A DNA stretch of 57,635 nucleotides, the filler included, from Basidiobolus ranarum (taxonomy: Eukaryota): the NCBI GenBank assembly GCA_040143965.1. It is 7 parts of 7 records of this genome, joined end to end, with 100 filler letters (N's around TTAATTAATTAA, not from the genome) between each part and the next. Parts side by side here need not be neighbours in the genome. Positions count along the whole stretch, not along the records: positions 33,032 to 41,169 come from JASJQH010007886.1; positions 41,270 to 49,403 come from JASJQH010007887.1; 5 more parts are not named here. One strand, given 5' to 3'. Positions within the stretch are counted from its first letter, which is position 1. Each line of letters begins with the position of its first letter. The notes beneath the pieces were generated by a model. It worked only from the letters and a program-made list of their open reading frames with translations. It had not been told where the DNA came from and made no database searches. The position numbers were made by a program, and so were the translations under genes. Positions 36,424 through 47,848 of the stretch are shown here, one piece after another.

Positions 36424-38061
36424 ATCCTGAATTTTGAAACTGTGTTCCTAAGGTGAATGAAATTTTAGAACTCGGCTCACTGATGTTATATATATTTTTA
36501 GATCGGGAGAAAATCAAGCTCGATCTGAGAGTGTTACAAATTCGGAACTTGTCTGTAAGAGCGATGACTCAACTTTGATGTCTTGTAACTTCTGTCTCCC
36601 ACGTCCGTTCGTTTTGAAATCTATACACAAGTTAGATTAATGAGAAAAAATTTTCGTCCTAAAATTTTGTAATGTTTCACCGCGCAATTCTTGAGATATA
36701 AAAGCCCGAATATTTGTTTTATCAATTGCGAGCTGTTAGGTAAGGTTAGAAGGTCGAGGTTTGGTCAGTAACTATGAGCAAGTATTATATGAATCTGATT
36801 GGAGCATTATTTTGTCTTCAAAAATATCGTCGCTTTTTGTTCGATAATCCAATTTCAAATTTACATTCCACGGAACAACAAATCAATATAATATCGAAAT
36901 ATATGACAGGAATCAACTAATATTAAGTATTAAGAGTATGTAGAAGCAATGTAATAACTCTGGAATAAAGAAGTGTCTGCTAAGATTTAAAGCGTCAATC
37001 ACCAAATCTTGCTAGTTAAAAGTTTTCAAGCAATCATAACTTGACAGTGAAATTATGAAGCAAAACTTCCAATGATCTTTTCATTCGACGTAGTCAGTAG
37101 ATTCCAGTCGATATCTTTCTAGAGAAAAAACCCCAATGAGAGTGGAACAAGCTAAATACTCACCTTTATGCTCTACAACTTTTTTTTGTAGAATCGATGC
37201 TACTGTCAACCTCTGGTACTTCTTGTTGGTATACTTGCATATTTGCTATAGCATTTTTTAAGCCGTTTCTTGTCTACAACCTTGTATTGGTCATAAATGG
37301 CACTTAGCTAGCGATTTCATCCCTGTTCACGGAAGATTTTCAATCACTCGATGGAATATCTTTTCAAGCATTAATGGTGGAACTCAGTTTGGTTCTTGTA
37401 GTCAATCAGGAGCATTATGGTTAGCAGCTTTTATGTATACCACATCCTTGTTTATTCTTTCCAATGGGTATTGTAAGCAACTTGGTTGAGTCCTATATTG
37501 TTTGTGAACCTCATGTCGATTATAGGGTGAAAAGTCATCAGCAATTCCAATATTTAAAATACGATTTCGAATCCTAAACTGACTTTCACCCTCAGTTTTA
37601 CAAGCAAATATGAAGTATTTCCCGCTTTCGTAGTATCAACAGAGATTCACCAAAAATATGGCCAAGAAAAAAGTGTTTGTTCACTATGTCTTTTACAACT
37701 GATTAGGTTACTATAAAAGGATGAAGAATGATCTACCATCTTATCTATAGAGACCAGAACGCGTTTAACCGCTACTAGCATGATGGTATGTTGTAGTCTT
37801 ATCTTCAAAGGATGCTTATACCTGCATTGCACAGCATCTCGTAAATACTTAAAGATAACCATGGTACAATATTAAAGTGTGGCTTTGAGTAAGTTTATTA
37901 CTTATAAAGTAGTAGGATTAAGGTATGGTAGAGTAGAGTAGTAACATTAGGGTTGGAAGGATTACCTATCTAATTTCTTCAGTTGCGTGTAGTAAAGATC
38001 AAAAATGATTAATGAATGCAAGATATGGCAAGTGAACATGGAGATAGGGATGGTGATGACA

Positions 38062-38990
38062 TTAGCTGATAGCGCAGCCTTTGCTTTTGGATTTCCCAGT
38101 TTTGTGACTCTAGAAAAAGTTTATAAATTAGCAAAGTAGATGACTACAGATTTGTCTTCATACTTACCTCTTTGCGTGCATTAGGCTGTGTGGTCTTCGA
38201 TCTAATGTTAATGGTTAATTTAGCCAATCTTGTTTAGGAAAAGATGGATTTGACGTGTTTGAAGTACCCATTAAACAGTGTCCGTTTCGAGGCCTTGCCA
38301 GTGCCTATACGAAAATATACAGGTGAGTATAAGGAAACCTAGAAATTGTTTACGATAAAAAATACCTCCAGGTTTAGCATCTTTGGGACAATCGTGGTCT
38401 ACCTCAAAGCGGTGCTTCAAACAGTATTGCTTTTGACAAGAATGGCATTTAGCCGAGACCAATACTTTTGTCTTGCAAGTACGATATGAGCACGCGTTTT
38501 TATAGGCTGGTGATTTATCAGTAGTAGTAGCTGCATCTTTACAGCCATTTCTTATGTGCTCATCCATCTTTAACGTGATACTTAGTATACATCACTGAAA
38601 TACAACAAAAGTACAGAAATGAATAAGTACCCGTCGGTTTGGATTCTCCCCTTTATTTACCGGCACTGGCTTTGCACATAGCGGACAAACGGGGACTCTT
38701 ACATCAACAGACTCCGTCTGATATGGACATTGATGATTTTCAGTTCTCCAATGGTCTTGGCTATAGTTTACAAACAACTGAGTGAGTTCCTTATATTTCA
38801 AAAAAAAACCTTTTGATATAGATTTACCAGAAATCACGTTTACACAAGTGGCATTTGTATGGTAAAAAGTCTATCATAATATATGTTCAGTTTAATATTG
38901 AAGTAGATTAAGTAACAAATCTCAAGAGATCTCACCTAGTTGGTTGCAATCGTTCAGAGCACAATTTTTGCCGATATGTGGTAGTTCCAT
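38062..38990 (-). CDS. AN1-type zinc-finger protein (ZFAND2/AIRAP/Cuz1-like) with C-terminal CaaX; 7 predicted exons
   Basis: MELPHIGKNCALNDCNQL|DFLPYKCHLCKRDF|CQDHWRTENHQCP...VRVPVCPLCAKPVPV...MDEHIRNGC...CHSCQKQYCLKHRFEVDHDC...SHKTGKSKSKGCAIS*. Confidence 0.92.
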
Positions 38991-39660
38991 TATTATTGTT
39001 AGAAAGCAAGTGAGAGGGAGGACGCTACTAGGATAAAATACAAATGGCTTCGATGGAAGTCCCAAGTTAGTGTTGAAACGAAGTGTTTAATAAGTTATAC
39101 GAAGTCGCTTGAATAGGGAATTTTACAAGTTTAATGATTTATTAGAAATCCAGTATTTGGTGGAATTTCTATAGTTCCTAATATATATAATGCTGTACCT
39201 TAATTACTCATTTCTCTAGTTACTTGTAGAAGCTTCTATTTTTGTACCCAAATACCGCAGATTTCTCTTCGTTACAGGTCGGTTTAAAAAGAATTCTACT
39301 ATATTCATAACCCTAACCCTGTTAATTTCAATGCTACTTTTATTAATGAAATCGATATATCTAACACATCGCGAAATAGGTTTCTGTAAAAATGAACCTT
39401 TGCATTTAAAAGAATGCTTGGTTTGCATATTAGGTGTTCATCAAGGGGAAGGAGATAGGGGAAAGAGCTTGTCTCATATAAAGTAGAAGACAAAAAACTG
39501 CTTTGAGTAAGAAATATACATACACATCCTAATTACTCGAAGATGCGTATGGAATAGGTGAAATTCAAAAAGATAACACCTAAAAGTAAAATAAACAAGT
39601 CGAAAATTCTCCTAAATATCAATACTTCAGAGATTTCATAAAGATAAACATATATCTACA

Positions 39661-40254
39661 TCATTCAATCTTTCTTTTCTTATCCAGGACTTCGTTTTCC
39701 AAAGGCTCTTCATAGTCTTCCTCATCTAGTAGCATACTCCGTTTTTGTAGCACGTTGGCAGTGACCATTTCCTCTTGAGTTTGAAGCACGTTGATAGTGA
39801 CTATTTCCTCTTGAGCTTGAAGCACGTTGGCAGTAACCATTTCCTCTTGAGTTTGAAGCACGTTAGTAGTAACCGTTTCCTCTTGAGTTTGAAGCACGCT
39901 ATCAGTGACCATTTCCTCTTGATCTAATTTCTCTTCGAATGGCTGGTGTGAGTCGTTTTCGTTTTCAATCTTAATTTCCGTGTTGTGTGCCTCCAATTCT
40001 TGCCTTAGCTGAGCTTTATATTGCATTTTTCTCTGTTGCTCTTGTAAGCTACGATACTCTTCGTATATTATCTCGTCCGTATCAGATAATTCTTCCAAAA
40101 TATCATATTCCGAGTCAGAGAGGTCTGTGGATATATCGCTATCAGAATCACTCGAAGAATCCATGTAACTCTGGTTACAAATAAGCTCGTTATTCTTCAT
40201 CCATAACAACATAAAAGTTGAAAGTAAAGCTTTTGTACGGTCATCCAAAGCCAT
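39661..40254 (-). CDS. Hypothetical acidic protein with five 12-aa repeats and a C-terminal NLS-like KKRK
   Basis: Uninterrupted 197-aa ORF; 36-nt repeats (QEEMVTANVLQT-like) at ~39743-39922. Confidence 0.6.
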   Translation of the reverse strand: MALDDRTKALLSTFMLLWMKNNELICNQSYMDSSSDSDSDISTDLSDSEYDILEELSDTDEIIYEEYRSLQEQQRKMQYKAQLRQELEAHNTEIKIENENDSHQPFEEKLDQEEMVTDSVLQTQEETVTTNVLQTQEEMVTANVLQAQEEIVTINVLQTQEEMVTANVLQKRSMLLDEEDYEEPLENEVLDKKRKIE

Positions 40255-40773
40255 GTTCTATTGGATTACTCAGCTAGGATGAAGTGGAGGTGAATACTAC
40301 AAAAGGTATCAAAATGATTCTTGAAGGCGCGTGTAAATTTGGTACACGAATTTACTGTCAGTAAAAGACAAAAATTGGCCCTCACCCGTCTCATCTCACA
40401 TCTCACCCTGTGAATCCTTTCCAAGAAAAAAATATCAAAGCAAGATAATAGGTAGGAATGAATTATTGTCAGCGATTATCAGGAAGGTACATATATATTA
40501 TTGGATTCAAAATCTCCAATGATTTTCGTTACAAAATACATACATAATCTTAACAAAATGGTGATGAAAATTGGAATGTACAAAAATACTTACAAATCGG
40601 GAATTTTACATAATAATTGAAGTAATATGTGAATAAAGAATGCTGAATGACCATCACAAATAGACTATCTCAGTCCTCAAATTCAGGAATTTTCATAGGG
40701 TTATGACCTGTTCCAAATGATTCCTTCAACTTTAGTCCAAACTCAAACTATAGAGTGAATTTTCATTGGGATA

Positions 40774-41169
40774 TTAGAATCTCATTATGTTCGGCGGACA
40801 CGTATCTGCTTCTAAAGCATTCACCTCTCCAAGTATTCCCGAGCTTGGACATGTGCTTTCGAGTATATAAGGATTCCAGTCGCAGAATCTCTCAATTTCG
40901 GGATCCACCGTGGCATCACCTTCAACGCATCGTAGGTCTGGCGCAGTTAATTCCTGTGGATTTAGTAATAACTGTGAAATACCAGGGCTTTTCGGACCTG
41001 TTCTAATTATATTGCTAGTTAGTTGATGATATTTCAACTCTGAAATAGCTTCATATGGCATCTGAGGATAAGCTCCCATTGGGATCCTGGTTAGAAATGA
41101 GACTCCTTTAAACTGATACTGAAAGTAGCTGAGTGCAAATTTGAGATGAGGTCCTTCAGTTTCGGGATC
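40774..41169 (-). CDS. nrdJ: C-terminus of a class II (adenosylcobalamin-dependent) ribonucleotide reductase, monomeric RTPR type; 5'-truncated
   Basis: Frame from the contig edge reads DPETEGPHLKFALSYFQYQFKGVSFLTRIPMGAYPQMPYEAISELKY...ERFCD...C; KG(V/I)SFL + YPQMPYE.I + FCD are hallmarks of the class II RNR C-terminus. Confidence 0.85.
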   Translation of the reverse strand, partial: DPETEGPHLKFALSYFQYQFKGVSFLTRIPMGAYPQMPYEAISELKYHQLTSNIIRTGPKSPGISQLLLNPQELTAPDLRCVEGDATVDPEIERFCDWNPYILESTCPSSGILGEVNALEADTCPPNIMRF

Positions 41170-41269
41170 NNNNNNNNNNNNNNNNNNNNNNNNNNNNNNN
41201 NNNNNNNNNNNNNTTAATTAATTAANNNNNNNNNNNNNNNNNNNNNNNNNNNNNNNNNNNNNNNNNNNN

Positions 41270-42183
41270 GATGGAAGGCTGCTATTATCATGAGCTGTGA
41301 CACATGAGACAACCTTTATGACACTCACGTCCACTGCTCATCAAGAAGAAATAGCCTTTAATATCATATCTTCATCTCACCACCCAGTCATTGTTGGTAT
41401 CTCATGGCTCATGCAGCACAACCCAGTAATCAATTGGAAGAAGAAGATTATGACATTCAAGCAAACTCCACCTCCTAGTCCATATTTGCCAACCTGCAAA
41501 GTATCTAACTCATCACCAGCCCAACTCCTAAAAACATCTATGAAGCCAATATCCACTGACATTATTGCTGATGAGCAGAAACCAACAAAACCTATGGTTC
41601 ACAAGCTCCCACCCAAATACCAAGCCTTTGCTGATGTCTTTGACAAGAAGAAATCTGATATACTCCCAGCTCACTGCCCATATGATTGCCCTATAGATCT
41701 ACAGGAAGGAAAACAACCACCATTTGGACCTATATATGGGCTGACCCAGCCAGAACTCAACATTCTGAAGGAGTACATTGCAGAAAATCTAGAGAAAGGA
41801 TTCATCCAACATTCAAAGTCCCCAGCAGGCTCTCCAATCTTATTTGTTAAGAAAAAAGATGGATCCCTCCATCTCTGTGTTGATTATCAAGGCCTAAATA
41901 GCATTACAGTCAAAAATTGGTACCCATTGCCATTAATCAACTCATTCTTGGATCAGCTTACTTCAGCCAAGGTGTTTACAAAGATTGATCTAAGAGGTGC
42001 TTACAATCTTGTAAGAATCAAACCATGAGACCAATGAAAAACTGCCTCTCTAACTTGCTAAGGACACTTTGAATACAATGTCATGCCATTTGAACTTACC
42101 AATGCCCCTGCAGTCTTTCAACACATCATGAATGACATCTTCAGAGAGTATCTTGATCAATTTATGTTAATCTACCTTGACAA
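41270..42183 (+). mobile_element. Degenerate Ty3/gypsy pol fragment (end of protease + RT)
   Basis: [84 protein letters not shown]; several stop codons. Confidence 0.95.
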
Positions 42184-42367
42184 TGGACTTGTTCTCTGTG
42201 ATAGTGCCAGATTGTGCTGTATATATCATATTGGATAAATTATTCTAAAATTTATGCGGCACAATTTGGCACTATCCATCACCCTCTGGCATGATCAATT
42301 TCAATCACACTTACTCTAATATATTGATCCAAGGTCCGATAAATCCTGGCACAATGGAACAAGTCCA
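42184..42367. mobile_element. Candidate MITE / non-autonomous TIR element (184 bp)
   Basis: 11-bp perfect TIR TGGACTTGTTC ... GAACAAGTCCA; internal GTGCCA/TGGCAC subterminal repeats; begins exactly where the gypsy RT stops; no clear TSD. Confidence 0.5.
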
Positions 42368-42394
42368 GTACTAGATTGATCGACATCAAATATG

Positions 42395-42714
42395 TGTTGA
42401 AGTTTTTTGGGCGCCTGTTGGAAGTGGTTTGGAGAATTAGCGAAATTGGTGGTTTTCACTTATTGAGTTGAAAGTTGCCATTTAAAGTTTTGTCAAGATG
42501 TAAACAAACTAACGTCTAGAATGTGTTAAGGAAGGTCCCAGGAACATGTGTGCAAAGTTCGGAGCTTCTGGCACAAGTTTGAAAAATCTATATATCTGAG
42601 AACTTCTAGGTAAATTCCAATATTGCATAATGGGTGATATCAGTTTAATATCGGACAACTAAATACTAAGCTATATATGACTATATAGGTGTTTAGGCAA
42701 TGCTAATTTCAACA
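42395..42714 (-). mobile_element. Solo copia LTR with 5-bp TSD ATATG
   Basis: TGTTGAA...TTCAACA termini; ATATG at 42390-42394 and 42715-42719. Confidence 0.93.
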
Positions 42715-44084
42715 ATATGAACCTACTTGCTTCCTTTCATGTGACTGAATATTGCAGTATTTATAATAATAGGTCAAGTTCATTGTTAGTTGACTTCTCA
42801 TTTCTGCTCAGATGCAAATCTTTGAATAAACTTCATCCTGAGGAGTTGATGATACTGAGGCACTCCTGTGGCCATCCATGAAAGAACTACCCTATGAATA
42901 CTCTACCAAAGGCCTACTTTGTGTCTGCACAACCTGGTGAAATTTATTTCCTTTTCATATTTGTCATCTCTACCATCCCACACCTGGCATTTCATATATC
43001 ACACCTAAGCCAGTTAACATTATCTAGTCCAATATCACTACGCTGGATATCGGAACCTATATTTAGTATTTAAGTGAACTTGAAATTTTAAGTTCATCCA
43101 AACTAACCCTTGGTGCTCCATTAAACGCCCAAAACTCCGTTGTTTGAATCCTGTATTACTACTAATACTACATTTCATGAAAATAAATAAATATCAGCAA
43201 TTCGTAATAGTTCCTTTTCTCAAAATTGCCTCCACAATGCTCATATGTTCGCAACATAACCAAGCAGTAATTAAGTTATCGGAGAAATATAACACCCCAA
43301 CAATTCTTACGTTTGAAGTTACTTGAGAAAGCTAGTGAATTCAAATACAATTTAGGAAAATCAATTATTAGTACGTAGCTTATAGATTGCTAGTGAACAA
43401 GCCGATCCTTAAGACAGAAATCTGTTATTTATATAAAAGACAAACATCTCCAGAATGTTAAATGTACCTACAACATAGAGGCGCTTGCTTATGTAGAAGC
43501 TAGCTATGAGGCTAAAATTAAAGTTCTTGGATGCATGTAAAGTAATCATGAATTCTGGAGAACAGCTGAAATGTCTACAGTGCAAATATACCACAATCTT
43601 TAATATCGTATACTTTCATCCAAGTCATTCATATATCATCTAGTTACCAGTTGCGAAAATCATATGCCACTCACAATTTATTACCAGCTGAGTGTTTCAC
43701 ATTATGCACTGAGAAACCCCATTGCTTAGTTTTTCAATACACACTGACAGGATATCCTGACACGGTATTTTTGATCTATTTAAGGCACTATTGTTAGAGA
43801 TACACTGGCGTGCTATAGGCTGCTTGCCAAATTCGAAATACTACCATCAAAGTAGGCAATGGAATTACATTGCGCCCACTTCACTATTTTCTGAGCCTAC
43901 TGTATGGAAAACATAGGTATGTATGATCTATTGAAGACCTTGCTATGCTGGGCTGCAGTGTAGATCACTACTAGTCGCTGGTATGATGGCTACCATTGCA
44001 GGTAATAGTTGCATACTATCATGTGATATAGCTCGGTAATCAGGATTTTATGAATAGATGGTTATCTTTAGCATTGCTTATCAC

Positions 44085-45186
44085 TTATTTGATGCATAAT
44101 GCATTGGGCGGAGAGGCTACACCCTGATACTTGTTTAGAGGTGCACTTGTGAAAAAATACTCATATATACCATCTTCAGCTGAGCTCTCTGCAAGCGCAT
44201 CTAAATAGAACAGTTCACCAATAGGCATCCCCCAGCCACCCAGAAATAACGAATCTACATTGAACAATCAGTTAATCACCATACAGTACATATTCTACAC
44301 GAAAAAGACACTTTACGACAAGAATCCTTCATATCAGCTGGCGGCCATGCTTCAAAAGCGACATTATCAGCAGCTACAGCAGCAAAATGATGATTCCACA
44401 TCCATGCAAAGGTGTCCTCTCCAGCTTTAACACCGGCTGAGGAGACTTGGATGGGATCCGGGATTTCAGTGGCGAAATTTTCACCCAGTTGGTCATGTTT
44501 CGTAATCCAGCCTGTACGTAACAGTAAAATGTCCCCTTGACGAAACGTTACCTTCTGGGCTTTCGCCACTTTATCCAACTCCTCTACAGTGATTTCATTA
44601 TTACGTTGAAAGGGATCAAAGTCAGGACGATTCTTTTGCGCCCATCGACCATAGTCCAAAAGTACTGCACGGGTTGCAATACCACGTCGTGCTACGTGAT
44701 GAATGCCTAAACGTTTATGACCGTGATTTTCTTTTTCGGGGGTCATTTCAGATGCATCGATGTTATTGTAGTATTTGCCTGCTGCTATGTAACAGAAATG
44801 ATTCAACTCATCCCATTGTGACGAAGCTTGCGTATTGAAATCATCATATTCATCATCAAACGCCAAATTGGTAGGGGTCAATGGCTTTAGTCGGTGTTTC
44901 AATGTTGGACGACCTAATAATGTTTTATGAGGCTTCTCCATCTCCCAATTTAATGGAAAATATTGGCCTTTCTTGACGCATTGCGCAGCCTTGTGATGGT
45001 GGAAAGAGAAAGTTGGTACGTGATTTTATTTCATAGTAACCAATACATCCATCATACCTTAGTGGTCGCCTCAGTGGTTACCTTATTCAAGGTTCCCAAA
45101 CTATCCTCTTCTCCCCAAACCCCCCAGGCGGTCTTGCCAGGATACTTGCTGTTAATAGGTAAATGGTCGTAGTCGGGAAGCGACAT
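44085..45186 (-). CDS. Cyclase-family metal-dependent hydrolase (kynurenine formamidase-like), 3 exons
   Basis: AWGVWGEEDSLGTLNKVT, FPLNW, FNTQASSQWD.LNH, GIATRAVLLDYGRW, FRQGDILLLRTGW, AAVAADNVAFEAWP, GWGMPIGELFYLDALAE, FFTSAPLN..GVASPPNA. Confidence 0.92.
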
Positions 45187-46717
45187 TAGCTAAATGTAGT
45201 AGTTGATTTTACAAACCAACGGCGAGGTAGTCATGATAAGACTATATATATAACGAGGATAAATAGTAGTCAGCATAAATGACTGATGACATTCCTCGTT
45301 ATATTCCTGGATCCATGCTTGACACAAACCAAACGAAGGCTGATGCTCATAACATCATGGTAATACATGGAAACATTTAAATTCCAATATCCATTAGTCA
45401 GCAAATTCATAGATTGCTACAGTCATCATCCTTATTAAGAAAAGTATCTACCAATACGGTACCATATTCACTAAATAAATGAGGATGATGAAACCCATGT
45501 TTCTCTTCGCTACCTGGGAACCTACCACCAGTTGTATATCCCCACTTGGCTTGGCTACTACCACTCCGAATTAAAAGGCTGAGAAATTCCGAGTAATGAT
45601 GGCCTTGGACAAGATTTCATTGCCTCACTAATTCATTGAACTCTTGGTTCACTTTTGGCTCTTGTTAGCTTAATCATATCCATCGTTATCGTCATATTGG
45701 GAATTACTGGGAAGATTGAAAAGGGTGAACAAGGCATAGCATACGCATTCTGGATGTAACAACGCTCAATAAAAAGTGATGGGATTACATCCTATGATAT
45801 GCACAATGAGCAAATCCTGACTACAATTACATCTCTGTAACCGTGCGCAAGCTCATAGGATCTAGCCGTGTGATTGGTTAGGGTTCTTGCAATAAGCCAT
45901 CAATTTCATAGATCCATAAATCTTTCCATAGTTATTGACAAATCTAAAAATGGTCCTGAGAATGATGGGGCTACTCGAGGCCCTTGCCGCTAAAACTATA
46001 ACACTAATCGTAGAGAGCTCATTTGAAGCGTACACTATAAGGTCTCAGTGGCTTTGTTAATCCCAGAGTGCAACGTCATTACTATTAGTAAGGTAGTCAC
46101 GTGTTGTTTGCACACATGTATACTCAGTATCTTAGGGGGAAGACTGGGCAGTTCACTCTGATCATGGACCTGGTATCAAGTATCAAAAGCTTCAAAATTC
46201 AAATTAGTGACAGTATTGTAGTTGTACAGGGTGTGGTGATGCTAGCAGTTGAAACAATGAAACATGTCTTTATTCTGCTCAAAGGGCTGAACATGCGTAG
46301 GTATTTATATTGCTAGACAAAGTGTAAACAGCAATGGCGGAAACGGTGTTTGTAGTTGAGTTGGCAATGGAGCAATTAAAACTAATGTCTAAGACTCTGG
46401 AAAAGGCTGCTTTGCTTATATCAACATTTTCAGTGATGAGAATAGCGCTTAAAATTCTGTATTGATGCTAGATATATGGTGTCCTTGAGTAGTGAAGTAA
46501 AGCCAAGCGCCATTCACTTAAGAAAAGACTAAATGGATATGATAGGTGCAAAGGATAAGATGATAACGGGTCAAGCAAGAAGCAAATGATGCAAAAGTGT
46601 GGCCTTCAGTTAGTTGCACAAAAACATGTAGTGATCTTTATAAAAGTCAAGTATGTCCAATTAAATGGCAGCCACTATTCTCAATTGGAATTTACCTTGA
46701 ATATTGACACAACTTGG

Positions 46718-47848
46718 TACTGAATTTAGCATTGCCTAAACACCTATATAATCATAAATAGCTTAGTACTTAGATATCTTATATTTCACAAAGATACTAT
46801 CCATTATTCAATAGTGGAACTTACTTAAAATATTTACACCAATTTAAAGGTTCTCAGATATATAGAGTTTTCAAAGAAGCACCAAACTATGGGGACATGT
46901 TCCCAGGACTTTCTTTAACACATTCTATATGTTAATTTGTTTACATCTTGACAAAACTATAAATGTCAACTCTCTGCTCAATAAATCAATGGGTGAAAAC
47001 CACCACTTTCTCTAATTCTCCATATCACTTCCAACAGGCTCCCAAATACATTAACAGGTTATGAGCCCTGAACTTGCACTCTCCATAATTTCTACTCCTG
47101 AAACTCATTGAACTTTTCCCTCTGCTGAAAAATTGGCTGGAACCAATTATCAAGTCTGGAAAATTAAAGTGAAAACGCTGCTGCCAGAAAAAGAACTTTG
47201 GGACACTGTTGTGGGAGAAGAAGACAGTGTAAAACTATCTGAAACCAATGATTTACTCCAGGTTAAAAAAGAACAAAGAGCCTGTGACACAATTTGTCTT
47301 AATGTTAGAGCAAATTGCTAATTTAATATTTAAGAGATAAAACTGCAAAAAAGGTATAGAAAGACTTGGAAGACATGTACCAAACAAGTTCTGCTGCCAA
47401 CAAGATGTTTTCTAAGAAGACATTTCTTTAACTTAATGATAAAGCTAGGTGAAGACATTAGATTACCAATTAATATAGTCAGTATTTTAGTGGATGATAT
47501 GGAGTGTATTGGAGCACCTACTACTGAATAAGACATGTTAGTCATAGTCCTGAATAGTTTACAGTCAAGCTTCAGAGCCTTATAATGGCCTAGAATCAAG
47601 AACTGAAAATTTAACCTTAAGTTATATATTGGGCAGACTTCTGCATGCAGATTAATACAAGTTGGGATCTAATTGGAAGAATGAAGACAGTGCTCCAATA
47701 GGCTATGGGAAGCCATCCTGTAAAGATCAAAAGAGTTTCAAGAAGATAAGTAACACATTTTGTGATAGCTGCAAAAGAACTGGCAATTAAAGCATGGATT
47801 GCCTATAAAGAAATTGCAAAAGAAGAAAAACATTCTGAATGTGGATAT
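46718..47848 (+). mobile_element. Copia 5' LTR (46718-47056) + PBS (47057-47070) + degenerate gag
   Basis: The LTR ends TTAACA, followed by GGTTATGAGCCCTG; gag start KLAGTNYQVWKIKVKTLL..KELWDTV; decayed zinc knuckle near 47760-47805. Confidence 0.92.

Noticed and set aside
45577..45625. GGCTGAGAAATTCCG resembling a TPP riboswitch
   Set aside because: The P4/P5 consensus (TGATC.GG.TAAT.CC.GCG) is missing and no thiamine gene is adjacent.
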